Positions 1-9,092 are shown, numbered from the stretch's first letter. The stretch is DNA of 64,000 bases from a virus (IMGVR_UViG_3300022555_000045:1-64000), one strand, 5' to 3'. Notes: a model not told the origin generated them from the letters alone. Program-made: numbers and translations.

Positions 1-124
1 CTGGTAATTCACGACTCTGGAGAGGGTGTAAGACTACCCGATAGGGTCAGCAGTCCTCGTCGAAAGAGTAACTTCCCATCCGTGAGGAGGGAAGCCCCAG
101 GGCTTTAAGCCCGGAGTTGTTCAC
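1..124 (+). mobile_element. Right end / omegaRNA (reRNA) scaffold of a probable IS200/IS605-family TnpB element; the rest lies upstream of the window
   Basis: GGGAAGCCCCAGGGCTTTAAGCCCGGAGTTGTTCAC is a subterminal hairpin ending in TCAC, matching the right-end pattern I recall for tnpB elements. It truncates the opposite-strand ORF 105..479 exactly at a CxxC motif. Confidence 0.65.
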
Positions 125-479
125 AAACAAGACATTTGTGTAAAGTCTTGGTTTTAGTATTTATAAATTCCCCTACAAGTATGATGGTACCGTTATGTGT
201 TTCCTTTAATTCCTCGCAGTATTTATCTCCACCCTTTGAAAACGCTATGTTCCTGCACCTAGGACAACCGTAACCTTCAGATAGATTCTGTGGTCTAGTT
301 AACCATTCTCCCTTACTACCATGACCGCAAACTTCACACTCGTGTTCAATTTTAGTGTAAGAGTTTATGTACTTTCCTAACCTTTTTACTCTTCGATTAT
401 TTATTTTAAGACGATTATCATATATGTCTTGTTGTAGTAGCCTATACTCTTCTGAACTAGTATCTAATTTTTTAGACAT
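105..479 (-). pseudogene. Zinc-ribbon-repeat protein (homing-endonuclease-like), 3'-truncated by the IS right end
   Basis: Repeats such as YINSYTKIEHECEVCG...GYGCPRC and EFINTKTKTLHKCLVC. After CLVC the frame enters IS sequence (EQLRA*) and stops. Confidence 0.6.
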
Positions 480-513
480 AGCAAATCTCCTTACTTTTAT
501 TGCCTCTTACAAT

Positions 514-524
514 AAAATTAGATT
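514..524 (-). promoter_or_regulatory. AATCTAATTTT motif (candidate late promoter) upstream of 105..479
   Basis: Reverse complement of aaaattagatt; one of 11 intergenic gene-oriented copies. Confidence 0.45.
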
Positions 525-665
525 TTATAAAAAGTTTGTAGCAGGGAACAGAGAATCTGTTAATCCTGGAGTTGAGCACCACACAAAAAGACTAGTTAAA
601 AAGCTTATCAAGTTGTGCAATGTGCCTACCGACTAACGCTTAATGCTTAATGACGGAGACTAAAC

Positions 666-1040
666 ATGGTAACTCGACCTCCTGTTCCTCGTTCAGTACT
701 TGCAGCAAACAACCAATGGCAGGATGAGAACACAGGGGTAATATATGATATTGAACCTAAAGAAAAGCCTAGATACCGTTGTGGTACTATTAACTTTACA
801 GTACATCATATAGTACAAGATTCCTTTCAAGCAGATGAAGAGGTAGAACTGTTTTGCTTGATACATTACATACGACAGTCAGGTAAGCTGACCGTGACCA
901 AACGGTATGTTAAAGACACCTTGTACGGCAGATGGCAACCTGTAAACATTGAGGATAGAGACCTGATTCACACGATGAACCAGGAGATTAAAAATTCTTA
1001 TACGCGGATTTTAAAAAATGGCTCAGATAGACCCGACTAA
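666..1040 (+). CDS. hypothetical protein
   Basis: 124-aa ORF, GGAG RBS, overlaps next gene start. Confidence 0.7.
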   Translation: MVTRPPVPRSVLAANNQWQDENTGVIYDIEPKEKPRYRCGTINFTVHHIVQDSFQADEEVELFCLIHYIRQSGKLTVTKRYVKDTLYGRWQPVNIEDRDLIHTMNQEIKNSYTRILKNGSDRPD

Positions 1041-1230
1041 CCTTTTAGCAAACAGCGCGATGTTAGTTAGTCTGCTGAACACTTCTACAGTAAACGGACT
1101 GACTAAGGCACAAATAGCGAAAACTTTAGGAGTGAGTCAGGACACAGTTGTTGACTTAGTAAACGGACAAGTTTCAGAGTTGACGCATACAGACCAATTT
1201 CGTCTAATACGACTATTGATGGGTAATTAA
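1018..1230 (+). CDS. small XRE-like helix-turn-helix protein
   Basis: LTKAQIAKTLGVSQDTVVDLVNG fits an HTH pattern. Confidence 0.6.
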   Translation: MAQIDPTNLLANSAMLVSLLNTSTVNGLTKAQIAKTLGVSQDTVVDLVNGQVSELTHTDQFRLIRLLMGN

Positions 1231-1280
1231 CTTTACAGTAACTTTTTTAACTAAAGCAATTTTTCCATTAGGAGTTTGAC

Positions 1281-1661
1281 ATGAGCGATATTCTCAATAT
1301 TTTCAGCGATCTAGCGTCTATTCTAGTTATTTTAGACAGATTGGCGTGGGTGGTAGCATTCTTATGGTTAGCGCAGACTGCTTGTAAGGTTGTTCTTGCC
1401 TACGGCCCTGCTGCTAGTTTGAACCCTACTCTAGCCGAAGTTTACGGTTATATGGCTAAATTCTGTTTGATCACCAATAGTGTCTTGACTAATGTTCAGG
1501 CAGTGACAAATACTATTCCTACTCCGATAGTAGCTCCTACCTCTGCTTCAGATACATCAGTAGATACCTCAGTAGGCACATCAGTAGTAACACAGTCACC
1601 AATTTCAGGTGTTGTGGAGGCTATAGTTACTGTTATTGAGAACGATATTAAAAAGCTTTAG
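1281..1661 (+). CDS. hypothetical membrane protein with S/T/P-rich tail
   Basis: Hydrophobic N-terminal half; AGGAG RBS. Confidence 0.65.
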   Translation: MSDILNIFSDLASILVILDRLAWVVAFLWLAQTACKVVLAYGPAASLNPTLAEVYGYMAKFCLITNSVLTNVQAVTNTIPTPIVAPTSASDTSVDTSVGTSVVTQSPISGVVEAIVTVIENDIKKL

Positions 1662-1673
1662 TTTAAAAAGTGA

Positions 1674-1708
1674 GAGGCAGGCGGGACAATTTATGTCCCG
1701 CCTGCCTC
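1674..1708 (+). terminator. 15-bp perfect-stem hairpin
   Basis: GAGGCAGGCGGGACA / TGTCCCGCCTGCCTC directly after a stop codon; no U-tract. Confidence 0.6.
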
Positions 1709-1743
1709 GAATCATGTCTATTTTCAGGGTAGAGATTTAAAAA

Positions 1744-2925
1744 ATGAAAAAAGTTACAGGTAAGAATTATACGTTGTACAACGCAGACTGTCGTGACGTT
1801 TTGAAAAAGATGATTGAGCGGGAAGAAACTGTTCATAATCTAGTGACTGACGCACCGTACAGTCTTGAGAGCATTCAAAAACGTTTCGGTTCTATAGATA
1901 TGAGCAAGGACACTTTCACTAATAAGAGAATAACTCAACGTGGAGACGGTTTCGCTAGATTAGTTAATACTAGAGGTTCTAGTGGTGGGTGGTTGAATCA
2001 GACTTGGGATACTACAAAGATAGAACGTGATCCTGAGTTTTGGAAACTGTGCCATGAGGTTATTTTACCAGGAGGCTTCCTTTTAGTGTTTGCTCATACC
2101 ACAACTTACCATGAAACAGCTATGGCTATTAAAGAAGCCGGTTTTAAGATGCGCGGTATGTTTACCTGGGTACACGGTCAAAATTTTAATAAAGGTAAGT
2201 CACTGAGTAAGGCTATTGATCGCCAACTCCTTGGTACTGAGAAGTTTTCTAAGTTGAAGAAGAAACACACAGACTCTTACGGTAATTATACACCGATTAC
2301 TGAAGAAGCTAAACGTTATACAGGTTGGTGCGATCAGTTAAAGAACTCGTTTGAGCCAATAGTGTTTGCTCAGAAACCGCTTTCTGAAAAGAACATTGCC
2401 TCTAATGTGATAAAGCATAAGACTGGTGCTTTAAACATAGGAGACACCTCTCTTACCAGCGGTGGTAAAACACGACAGTTCAGTAATTTTATCACTGACG
2501 GTTCTCCCGAAGTTCTTAAGAGGTTTGAAGAGCTTGGTAGGTTAGACGCCAGTGAGTTTTTCTTTATAGCTAAGCCCTCAAAGTCCGAGCGAACAGAAGG
2601 GCTTACAGTAGGTGAAAGAAATCCTCACCCTACCACTAAACCAATTTCTTTACTTTCTAAGTTGATAACCTTAGTAGCTGTGCCTGGAACAACAGTACTA
2701 GATACTTTTATGGGCTCTGGTACAACAGGTTGTTCTGCTTTAAGTCTAGGTTACAAGTTTATCGGTGTTGAACGTGAAGAGCAGTATTTTAACGTAGCTA
2801 GACAACGGCTTAAGCACTATGCTTCCAAGGTTAAGCCTGATACTAGGGTCTTACAATCCGTACCTAAAGAAGGCTTAAAGTTAAAGCCTATTGATTCTAC
2901 TACTAAGTTCCGTTCGTTATTTTAG
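1744..2925 (+). CDS. N4-C/N6-A DNA methyltransferase (beta class)
   Basis: Motif IV LVTDAPY precedes HPTTKP and motif I VLDTFMGSGTTG. Confidence 0.9.
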   Translation: MKKVTGKNYTLYNADCRDVLKKMIEREETVHNLVTDAPYSLESIQKRFGSIDMSKDTFTNKRITQRGDGFARLVNTRGSSGGWLNQTWDTTKIERDPEFWKLCHEVILPGGFLLVFAHTTTYHETAMAIKEAGFKMRGMFTWVHGQNFNKGKSLSKAIDRQLLGTEKFSKLKKKHTDSYGNYTPITEEAKRYTGWCDQLKNSFEPIVFAQKPLSEKNIASNVIKHKTGALNIGDTSLTSGGKTRQFSNFITDGSPEVLKRFEELGRLDASEFFFIAKPSKSERTEGLTVGERNPHPTTKPISLLSKLITLVAVPGTTVLDTFMGSGTTGCSALSLGYKFIGVEREEQYFNVARQRLKHYASKVKPDTRVLQSVPKEGLKLKPIDSTTKFRSLF

Positions 2926-2934
2926 GTACGAGAA

Positions 2935-2965
2935 AAGGGAGAGGGTTTAAATAACCCTCTCCCTT
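2935..2965. terminator. bidirectional hairpin between convergent genes
   Basis: AAGGGAGAGGGTT / AACCCTCTCCCTT, 13 bp. Confidence 0.7.
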
Positions 2966-2970
2966 AACTA

Positions 2971-3468
2971 TTAGTGCAAAGAGTTTGCTTCCCGTTCGCG
3001 GAACTTCCAGTAGGAAGTGTTAGAGTCGTCTTTAAGCTCCGGCTCTTCTTCCTTAACAGGCTCAGCTTTCTTAACCGCACGGTTCTGTGCAGCATGATCC
3101 TTAGTTAAACGAATCATCTTCTCAGTCTCGTGACCTAGATGACGTTCCATTAACCCTTTATTCTGTTGCTCTAGTTGAGCACGCTTTACTTCTCGCGCTT
3201 TATCAGAGACTTCGCGCTCTTCATCGGCACGTTGTTTGTCAGTCTTAAACTTGGGGTCCATAATATTAGGACCCCCGAACATAGGGCCTAGCACCGGAAG
3301 GTTTTCTTCTTCCTCTTCGTGCTTAGGCTTTTTAGAGAATAGGTGGGCTAACGGATGCTTTTTGGGCTTAGCGTGTCCGTGAGCATGGTGGTGACCAAGA
3401 CCGAACAAAGCGTTAACTTCGTTACGGTGTTCTAAGTAGTAGTTTATCCGCATAGCAGCATTAGACAT
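2971..3468 (-). CDS. hypothetical His/Lys/Glu-rich protein, probable internal virion protein
   Basis: N-terminus MSNAAMRINYYL resembles MATNSALRINTYF of 40086..40949; LFGL plus His-rich segment resembles 24044..25159; preceded by the late-type motif. Confidence 0.65.
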   Translation of the reverse strand: MSNAAMRINYYLEHRNEVNALFGLGHHHAHGHAKPKKHPLAHLFSKKPKHEEEEENLPVLGPMFGGPNIMDPKFKTDKQRADEEREVSDKAREVKRAQLEQQNKGLMERHLGHETEKMIRLTKDHAAQNRAVKKAEPVKEEEPELKDDSNTSYWKFREREANSLH

Positions 3469-3501
3469 TTTAAGTTTTTCCTTTTAGCTAGAAAATTTCT
3501 C

Positions 3502-3530
3502 TTGACTTCGGCAAAAGGTTCTGCTATCAT
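3502..3530 (+). promoter_or_regulatory. sigma70-type promoter
   Basis: TTGACT-N17-TATCAT with extended -10 TG, upstream of 3564. Confidence 0.7.
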
Positions 3531-3534
3531 AAAC

Positions 3535-3546
3535 AAAATTAAGATT
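3535..3546 (-). promoter_or_regulatory. AATCTTAATTTT motif upstream of 2971..3468
   Basis: Reverse complement reads AATCTTAATTTTGTTT. Confidence 0.55.
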
Positions 3547-3563
3547 GACTAAGGACTTTTTAA

Positions 3564-4154
3564 ATGAAGAGGCAATCTAAAATTCGTAGAAAGGCTCCTA
3601 AAATTAACATAACTAAGCAAAAAGAGGAGCTATCAGAAGACCAGATTAAACGTAAACAGTGGATGCAGTTAAACTCGGAAACTTTTGACAGCGATTCTAT
3701 TTTTAACACTTGGCAGTCTTGTTCCAAACAGATCAAGAAGCCGATTCTAGATTTGGCTATTCAGACTTATGCTTTCTCTGACGCAGTTAACTCCGCCAAT
3801 TCAGACTTGACTATTGGTCTGAACATGAAAGAAGGTGGTATAGACACTGACACCGTAGTTAAGCTTCTTGAAGCTCTATTCCGGGTAGAACTAGCTTCTG
3901 TTTACTTACAGAACAATCGTACGTTAACTTTAGACCAACGTAATTCTATAATTGACCGTATTATAGCTCAACAGTTTCCTACTCGTGATAACATTGCAGT
4001 TCCTGCCAGGATGGCGTTACCGTTAAATCAACCTGACAGTGACTTAGCCGAACGAAACGCTTTTATGCAACGTAAAGGCGAACGTGACCGTCAACGCCAA
4101 GCGAGTCGTGAAAACTCACCCTTCATTCCCAGGTCCCGTACCCGGAACGTTTAG
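3564..4154 (+). CDS. hypothetical protein
   Basis: 196-aa ORF, AAGGA RBS, behind sigma70 promoter. Confidence 0.75.
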   Translation: MKRQSKIRRKAPKINITKQKEELSEDQIKRKQWMQLNSETFDSDSIFNTWQSCSKQIKKPILDLAIQTYAFSDAVNSANSDLTIGLNMKEGGIDTDTVVKLLEALFRVELASVYLQNNRTLTLDQRNSIIDRIIAQQFPTRDNIAVPARMALPLNQPDSDLAERNAFMQRKGERDRQRQASRENSPFIPRSRTRNV

Positions 4155-4170
4155 TTAACGGAGGTTAGTT

Positions 4171-4566
4171 ATGGGTTGTGGTCCTTTTAATAAGATATCA
4201 GGAAGTCGCAGGAAGTTTAGTGGTCCTATAGGGGTGCATCTCTCCTCTGGAGAATCTAAGTCTGTGAAGAAAGAACCTCTTCACCCCTTAGACCCGGACC
4301 CTTTCGTGTTTAAGATTCTAGAACAGTTTTGGTTGGATGACTACACGGTAGTTAAGGTCAACTATCCGAATTGTAACCAATACGAGGGTAACAAGATTCT
4401 AGTGTTTAAAGGTTTGACTAAGCTTCAATTGAAACAAACCAAACATTTGGATCCTCATTTTTTGGAAGACAGTAAACTAGTAGCTAGGTTTGTCCCAACT
4501 GATTCTGGTTGGAAGAACGCTATGGCTTATGTTAGGTTTCTAGTTAACGAAGGTTTTTATAAATGA
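4171..4566 (+). CDS. hypothetical phage protein
   Basis: 131-aa ORF, GGAGG RBS. Confidence 0.75.
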   Translation: MGCGPFNKISGSRRKFSGPIGVHLSSGESKSVKKEPLHPLDPDPFVFKILEQFWLDDYTVVKVNYPNCNQYEGNKILVFKGLTKLQLKQTKHLDPHFLEDSKLVARFVPTDSGWKNAMAYVRFLVNEGFYK

Positions 4567-4781
4567 AAACTTTTCTATTAGGCTCACTCTCTGTGCTAGG
4601 ATTGTTAGTAATATCCTATATCAGGTTAACCAATCCTGACTTAACAGAGACTCAGTTATTCTTAGTTCATTGGCCTCTTTGGCTACTTATGGCTACTGGA
4701 GTGTTAGGTTTCCTCTACGGCCCTGACGCTATTCTATCTATTCACAAACAATTTTCCAAGTCTTGGTCTACCAAAGAGTGA
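4563..4781 (+). CDS. small two-TM membrane protein
   Basis: Two hydrophobic segments; start overlaps the upstream stop. Confidence 0.65.
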   Translation: MKTFLLGSLSVLGLLVISYIRLTNPDLTETQLFLVHWPLWLLMATGVLGFLYGPDAILSIHKQFSKSWSTKE

Positions 4782-4932
4782 CTCATCATGGACAGTAATT
4801 CTCTTAGAGAGGTTAAAACTCTCCTATTCAAGTTTCGTAAAAATTCTAATTCCTATTTGTCAGATAAGGACCTAGCAAACTATCTGATCTCGTGCCTTTC
4901 CTCCCTATCAACTACAACTAAGGAAACTAAAA

Positions 4933-5262
4933 ATGTCTGAGCAGCTTATTACTGACGGTGTAGCTACTGTCGAACAACCGGTCACTGAACAACCTGTCGT
5001 ACAGCAGAAGGCAGGGTTTCCTATCACACTCCATGTAGGTGGTGTAGACGTTGTTCTTAACACAGACGGCATCCTCGTCGGTGATATGGACAAGTTCCGG
5101 GAAGCTCTTGAGAATTTCTCAATTACTGCTGAACATCGTATCTTTGATGTGATTGTTTTGGCGCTTGCTGGACGGATTGCCTCACACGAGCAAACCATTA
5201 ACACTCTTGCAGCTGCTGTTGCCGCGTTAAGTCAAAATAAAGATGACGGAGCAAACATTTAA
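4933..5262 (+). CDS. hypothetical protein, paralog of 7210..7506
   Basis: Shared FPI...DG...GD...R....Q..IN.L pattern and C-terminal coiled coil. Confidence 0.75.
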   Translation: MSEQLITDGVATVEQPVTEQPVVQQKAGFPITLHVGGVDVVLNTDGILVGDMDKFREALENFSITAEHRIFDVIVLALAGRIASHEQTINTLAAAVAALSQNKDDGANI

Positions 5263-5332
5263 TTAAGTTAATAGGGAAGGTGAACTAACAACTCACCTTC
5301 CTGTTCTACTCCCCTAAAAGGATTGAATAGTA

Positions 5333-5572
5333 ATGTCCAAGACAACACTTACTGCTAAGGTTTCCCTTGATAGCGAGACTGCGTTCATCAATGGGTATAA
5401 AGATAACGCTGACTACCGTGTCCGGCAAAGCAAGGATAAGAAGCCGTACATCATGTTGCTCGGAGAACAGGTAATTCTCACTTCTCCTCGGCAACAGGCT
5501 GAAGTTGACGGTAACTCGTTTACTATCAAGGTAAGCAGTACCGAAGAGTTTGTTGCTTTGCAAGCGGCTTAG
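5333..5572 (+). CDS. hypothetical protein
   Basis: 79-aa ORF flanked by hairpins at 5275-5301 and 5582-5613. Confidence 0.65.
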   Translation: MSKTTLTAKVSLDSETAFINGYKDNADYRVRQSKDKKPYIMLLGEQVILTSPRQQAEVDGNSFTIKVSSTEEFVALQAA

Positions 5573-5624
5573 TTCTAAGTAGAGGGAGGGGTAATTTATT
5601 TACACCCTCCCTCGGAGAACGTCT

Positions 5625-6062
5625 ATGATGTTTGATCAAGAGTTCATAGAAGATAATTTACCCGATGATATAATTACTCGCAGGTGGGCTGAGGGAATTA
5701 GTAGCACTTCTAATATAGAACGAGGTCTATGTTGGTTAAGAGAAGTCTCTCATCCTAGAGATGATGAACGCTTTATCCTATTCCTTGGAGTAGAAACCAA
5801 TCTTAAAAATTGGAGCAATCCTAAATTCTGGCAGTTTAAGTTTCAAACTAGCTGCCGCAACTGGTTTATTCCTGCCGAGACTTTAGAACTAGGTGTGTGG
5901 CGCAGTATTATTTTTATGGATTGCTATCATAACTCTAAAACTGACTATGTTAGTGATGTAATTCATCGCAATAGACTAGACCAAGAAAAAGTCAATAGAA
6001 TCGGAGTACTAACTAGTGTTCAAAAAATCCCCAACTATCTATCAACTAAGGCATCTAGTTGA
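5625..6062 (+). CDS. hypothetical protein
   Basis: 145-aa ORF with GGAG RBS. Confidence 0.65.
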   Translation: MMFDQEFIEDNLPDDIITRRWAEGISSTSNIERGLCWLREVSHPRDDERFILFLGVETNLKNWSNPKFWQFKFQTSCRNWFIPAETLELGVWRSIIFMDCYHNSKTDYVSDVIHRNRLDQEKVNRIGVLTSVQKIPNYLSTKASS

Positions 6063-6228
6063 TTATTTGCAAAATAACCCTGTTGAAACTGGGATTAAAG
6101 TTGATGATAAGGAGTTGTGGGTTCCTGCTAGACCCGTAGGTTATCCGTCTCTTTGTCAAAACATTAAAGCAGCATGGTTAGTTCTCACAGGCAAAGCGGA
6201 TGTAGTAATTTGGCCTGGAACAAAGTAA
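6016..6228 (+). CDS. small hypothetical phage protein
   Basis: 70-aa ORF ending WVPARP...AAWLVLTGKADVVIWP. Confidence 0.65.
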   Translation: MFKKSPTIYQLRHLVDYLQNNPVETGIKVDDKELWVPARPVGYPSLCQNIKAAWLVLTGKADVVIWPGTK

Positions 6229-6248
6229 TCTTACAAGGATCGTTAGAA

Positions 6249-7184
6249 ATGACTACTAAACCATTGATAATTTATCACGACTTGTGTGCCGATGGCTTTG
6301 GTGCCGCTTGGGCCATTTGGAAAGTTTTGGGCTATGAAGGTGCTGATTATTTAGGTACTACGCATGGCAACCCTCCACCTGATGTTACAGGTCGCGATGT
6401 AGTTATAGTTGATTTTAGTTTCAAACGGGACACTATAATATCTATAGCTACTAACGCCAAATCTGTGTTGATTTTAGACCACCACAAGACTGCTAAAGAA
6501 GATTTGCAGTTGTTCGCTAAAGAGCCTAACCCAGTAGATAACTGGGACTATTGGTTTTTTCATAATAAAGTTAATAGCTACGATACCGCCTCGGCGTCAG
6601 ATTTTAACAACACTTTAGCTATCTTCAACATGGACAAATCAGGTGCTGTCTTAGCTTGGGAGTTCTTTCATCCTAACAAACCAGTTCCTAAGCTGCTACG
6701 TCACGTGCAAGATCGCGATCTATGGCTCTTTAAGTTAAACGGAACAAAAGAGCTTCAATTTGTGGTCTTCTCTCACCCGTATGATTTTGAAATCTGGGAC
6801 CAACTAGCTAAGGATGTTGAAGACGAGTTTAAGTTTGCAGATATTCTAGAACAAGGTGTGGCTATTGAACGTAAGCACCTTAAAGACATTAAGGAATTGT
6901 TGTCAGTAGCAGCTCATCCACAGACTATTGGAGGCTGCCTTGTCTTAACAGCTAACCTTCCGTACACAATGGCTTCAGATGCTTGTAATATCTTGTGCAA
7001 AGACTACGACTCCAAACCTTTTTCTGCTACTTATTTTGATCGTGCTGACGGTCAACGAGTTTTTAGTTTGAGGAGCGTCGGAGATTTTGATGTTTCGGCT
7101 GTGGCTAAACTGTACGGTGGTGGTGGGCATAAGAACGCGGCCGGGTTTTCCGTACCTATTGTCGGTGAAAGTGATCACCTGTAA
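6249..7184 (+). CDS. DHH/DHHA1-family phosphoesterase (oligoribonuclease-like)
   Basis: YHDLCADGFGAA, DFSF, LDHHKTA, GGGGHKNAAGF motifs. Start moved to the ATG at 6249. Confidence 0.9.
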   Translation: MTTKPLIIYHDLCADGFGAAWAIWKVLGYEGADYLGTTHGNPPPDVTGRDVVIVDFSFKRDTIISIATNAKSVLILDHHKTAKEDLQLFAKEPNPVDNWDYWFFHNKVNSYDTASASDFNNTLAIFNMDKSGAVLAWEFFHPNKPVPKLLRHVQDRDLWLFKLNGTKELQFVVFSHPYDFEIWDQLAKDVEDEFKFADILEQGVAIERKHLKDIKELLSVAAHPQTIGGCLVLTANLPYTMASDACNILCKDYDSKPFSATYFDRADGQRVFSLRSVGDFDVSAVAKLYGGGGHKNAAGFSVPIVGESDHL

Positions 7185-7209
7185 ATTGTTTAACTAAGGA
7201 GTAGTCTAC

Positions 7210-7506
7210 GTGGCTATTGAAGAAGAAACTGCCTACACCGCTATGGTACACAAAACGTTTCCCATTAAGATTTTCTTGGGAGACGATTGTGTAATAAAGA
7301 TTGATTCTGACGGGCTAGCATCAGGTGACTTGGAAGAAGCTCAGGATTTTCTTGTAAATACAGGATACGATACTTCGCGCTCTAGGTTCCTAGAAGCCGC
7401 TTTGAGTTTGCGTCTAACCCATCAACAGACTGAGATTAACGAACTTAAAGCTTCAGTAGAGAACCTTAAAGCTCAAGTTGACGGTTTGTTAGAACAACTA
7501 TCTTAG
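7210..7506 (+). CDS. hypothetical protein, paralog of 4933..5262
   Basis: AGGAG RBS; shared motifs with 4933..5262. Confidence 0.7.
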   Translation: MAIEEETAYTAMVHKTFPIKIFLGDDCVIKIDSDGLASGDLEEAQDFLVNTGYDTSRSRFLEAALSLRLTHQQTEINELKASVENLKAQVDGLLEQLS

Positions 7507-7507
7507 A

Positions 7508-7819
7508 TTGGATAAAGCCATGATCGATGCTATTAGGTCAAGAGTAAATAAGGGTACGTTAACTGACCTAACCCTTAAGCACGACTTAGTAGGGCCTACA
7601 GTAACTACTACAAACGGAGTTACAGAACGCTTTGTAGTACGGGCTGCTGCCTTGTGTGACGCTAACTTGTTTGTCCACGCTAGAACAGATATTCAACATC
7701 TTCTAGCTTTAGTAGAACAACTACAGTCAGAGTTGGCTCAAAAGGAAAATACTATTAAAGCTCTTAGGTCGGAACTTAAGTGGTTCACTGACAATATTCC
7801 AATGATGGAGCACTCGTGA
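7508..7819 (+). CDS. hypothetical phage protein with coiled-coil C-terminus
   Basis: DANLFVHARTDIQHLLALVEQL segment; operon packing. Confidence 0.6.
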   Translation: MDKAMIDAIRSRVNKGTLTDLTLKHDLVGPTVTTTNGVTERFVVRAAALCDANLFVHARTDIQHLLALVEQLQSELAQKENTIKALRSELKWFTDNIPMMEHS

Positions 7820-8022
7820 CAGACTTTGTTTTAGATGAACGCGACGTTAGGATTGACTCTTTCACCAATGCTTCGCCCAGACCTTATCGTTTAATACACC
7901 TACCTACTGGCATCATTGTCTCTGGTGAGATTGGTGCTGAAGGTCAACCTAAGTCTGAGTATAAGATGAAGAAACGGTTGTGGGCTGAGTTAACAGAGAA
8001 AGTTAAGGAAAAAGTAAAATGA
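7816..8022 (+). CDS. release-factor domain-3-like peptide lacking GGQ
   Basis: DVRIDSF...RLIHLPTGIIVS resembles RF1/RF2 DLRIDTY...RITHLPTGIVV, but the GGQ loop is missing. Confidence 0.55.
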   Translation: MTDFVLDERDVRIDSFTNASPRPYRLIHLPTGIIVSGEIGAEGQPKSEYKMKKRLWAELTEKVKEKVK

Positions 8023-8345
8023 GCGAGCTACAACAAACTCTTAGAGAGTACCTAATTAAAATCGCTAAAACAGGAAAACCTGTTAACTACGGTAAGTTTG
8101 CTGCTGATAACGGATTCAACTGGTTTGATGATCAATTTATCCTTAAGGAAGCTTTAGCTACTATCATTGACTATGACCATGCTAACAACCTCCCTCTACT
8201 GTCATCATTAGTAATCCGTCTTGATGACGAAATTGGTAACGGTTTCTGGCGTAAACTTAATCAACTAAAGATACCAGTAACTGGCAAGCTAGAGTTTTTA
8301 GCGGCTGAGTGGAACAAAGTTTTTGACCACTACAAAAAGACTTGA
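8019..8345 (+). CDS. hypothetical protein
   Basis: 108-aa ORF, PLLSSLVI...GNGF segment. Confidence 0.7.
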   Translation: MSELQQTLREYLIKIAKTGKPVNYGKFAADNGFNWFDDQFILKEALATIIDYDHANNLPLLSSLVIRLDDEIGNGFWRKLNQLKIPVTGKLEFLAAEWNKVFDHYKKT

Positions 8346-8370
8346 CAAGTTGGCAAGAGTGTGTTAGAGT
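8342..8370 (+). promoter_or_regulatory. sigma70-type promoter
   Basis: TTGACA-N17-TAGAGT with TG extension, upstream of 8421. Confidence 0.7.
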
Positions 8371-8420
8371 CTGCTTTAAGCTATATCTACGCCTAACCTC
8401 CGTGAAAGGAGAACTAAACT

Positions 8421-9017
8421 ATGGCCGGTAAAGACGAAATCTTTCCGTTGCGAATTACCGTTAGCAATGATGATCGGGTTAACCTTAGGGTTGATGAACG
8501 AGATTTTTGTTTCTTGTACGGTAAGGCGAGAGACGAAGCCTTTAACATTCAAAACTCTATCTACAGGGTTAAGCCTCTTCCATCTACGCCTAAGAAGAGG
8601 CATTCTTCTCACAGAATATTGTTCACTGTTTGCAGGGAAGATGAAAAAGGTCGAGACTACATAGTAATGAAGGGGTTGGACAAGTCTTCGTGGACTAACT
8701 ATACAACTAATGCCCGAGTCTACGCGTTGCAACTACAGAATAATAACACTATAGACATTAGGCGCGAAGACTGTATGGATATTTTTAACACAGAGTTTGT
8801 AGATCACGACATTGCAAACCACCAAGGAATAACTGTAAACTACATTCATAAGCAGCGAGAAGCTAGGATATACCTAGGTCAGTTTGGCTTGCATAAACAG
8901 GCAGTGGGAATTCTTCGTACAGGTTTAGTTCTTAAGGCTAATAAGTTAGCTAGAGACTTAGTGTTTGGCAGTTTAGAGCTGAACAATGAATTGAAACTCT
9001 TACTGAACTGTCCGTAA
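8421..9017 (+). CDS. hypothetical protein
   Basis: 198-aa ORF, AAAGGAG RBS. Confidence 0.8.
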   Translation: MAGKDEIFPLRITVSNDDRVNLRVDERDFCFLYGKARDEAFNIQNSIYRVKPLPSTPKKRHSSHRILFTVCREDEKGRDYIVMKGLDKSSWTNYTTNARVYALQLQNNNTIDIRREDCMDIFNTEFVDHDIANHQGITVNYIHKQREARIYLGQFGLHKQAVGILRTGLVLKANKLARDLVFGSLELNNELKLLLNCP

Positions 9018-9029
9018 AGCTCCAGCCCT

Positions 9030-9092
9030 TCTTCGACGTTGTGCTACGCACAACCAGGGCGGAGATATCTTCAACGTTGTGCTTCGCACAAC
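9030..9092. repeat. two 25-nt hairpin-forming direct repeats, 13 nt apart
   Basis: TCTTCGACGTTGTGCTACGCACAAC (9030-9054) and TCTTCAACGTTGTGCTTCGCACAAC (9068-9092). Confidence 0.9.

Noticed and set aside
9030-9092. Twin hairpin repeats as a mini-CRISPR
   Set aside because: Only two repeats and a 13-nt spacer, too short for known CRISPR types.
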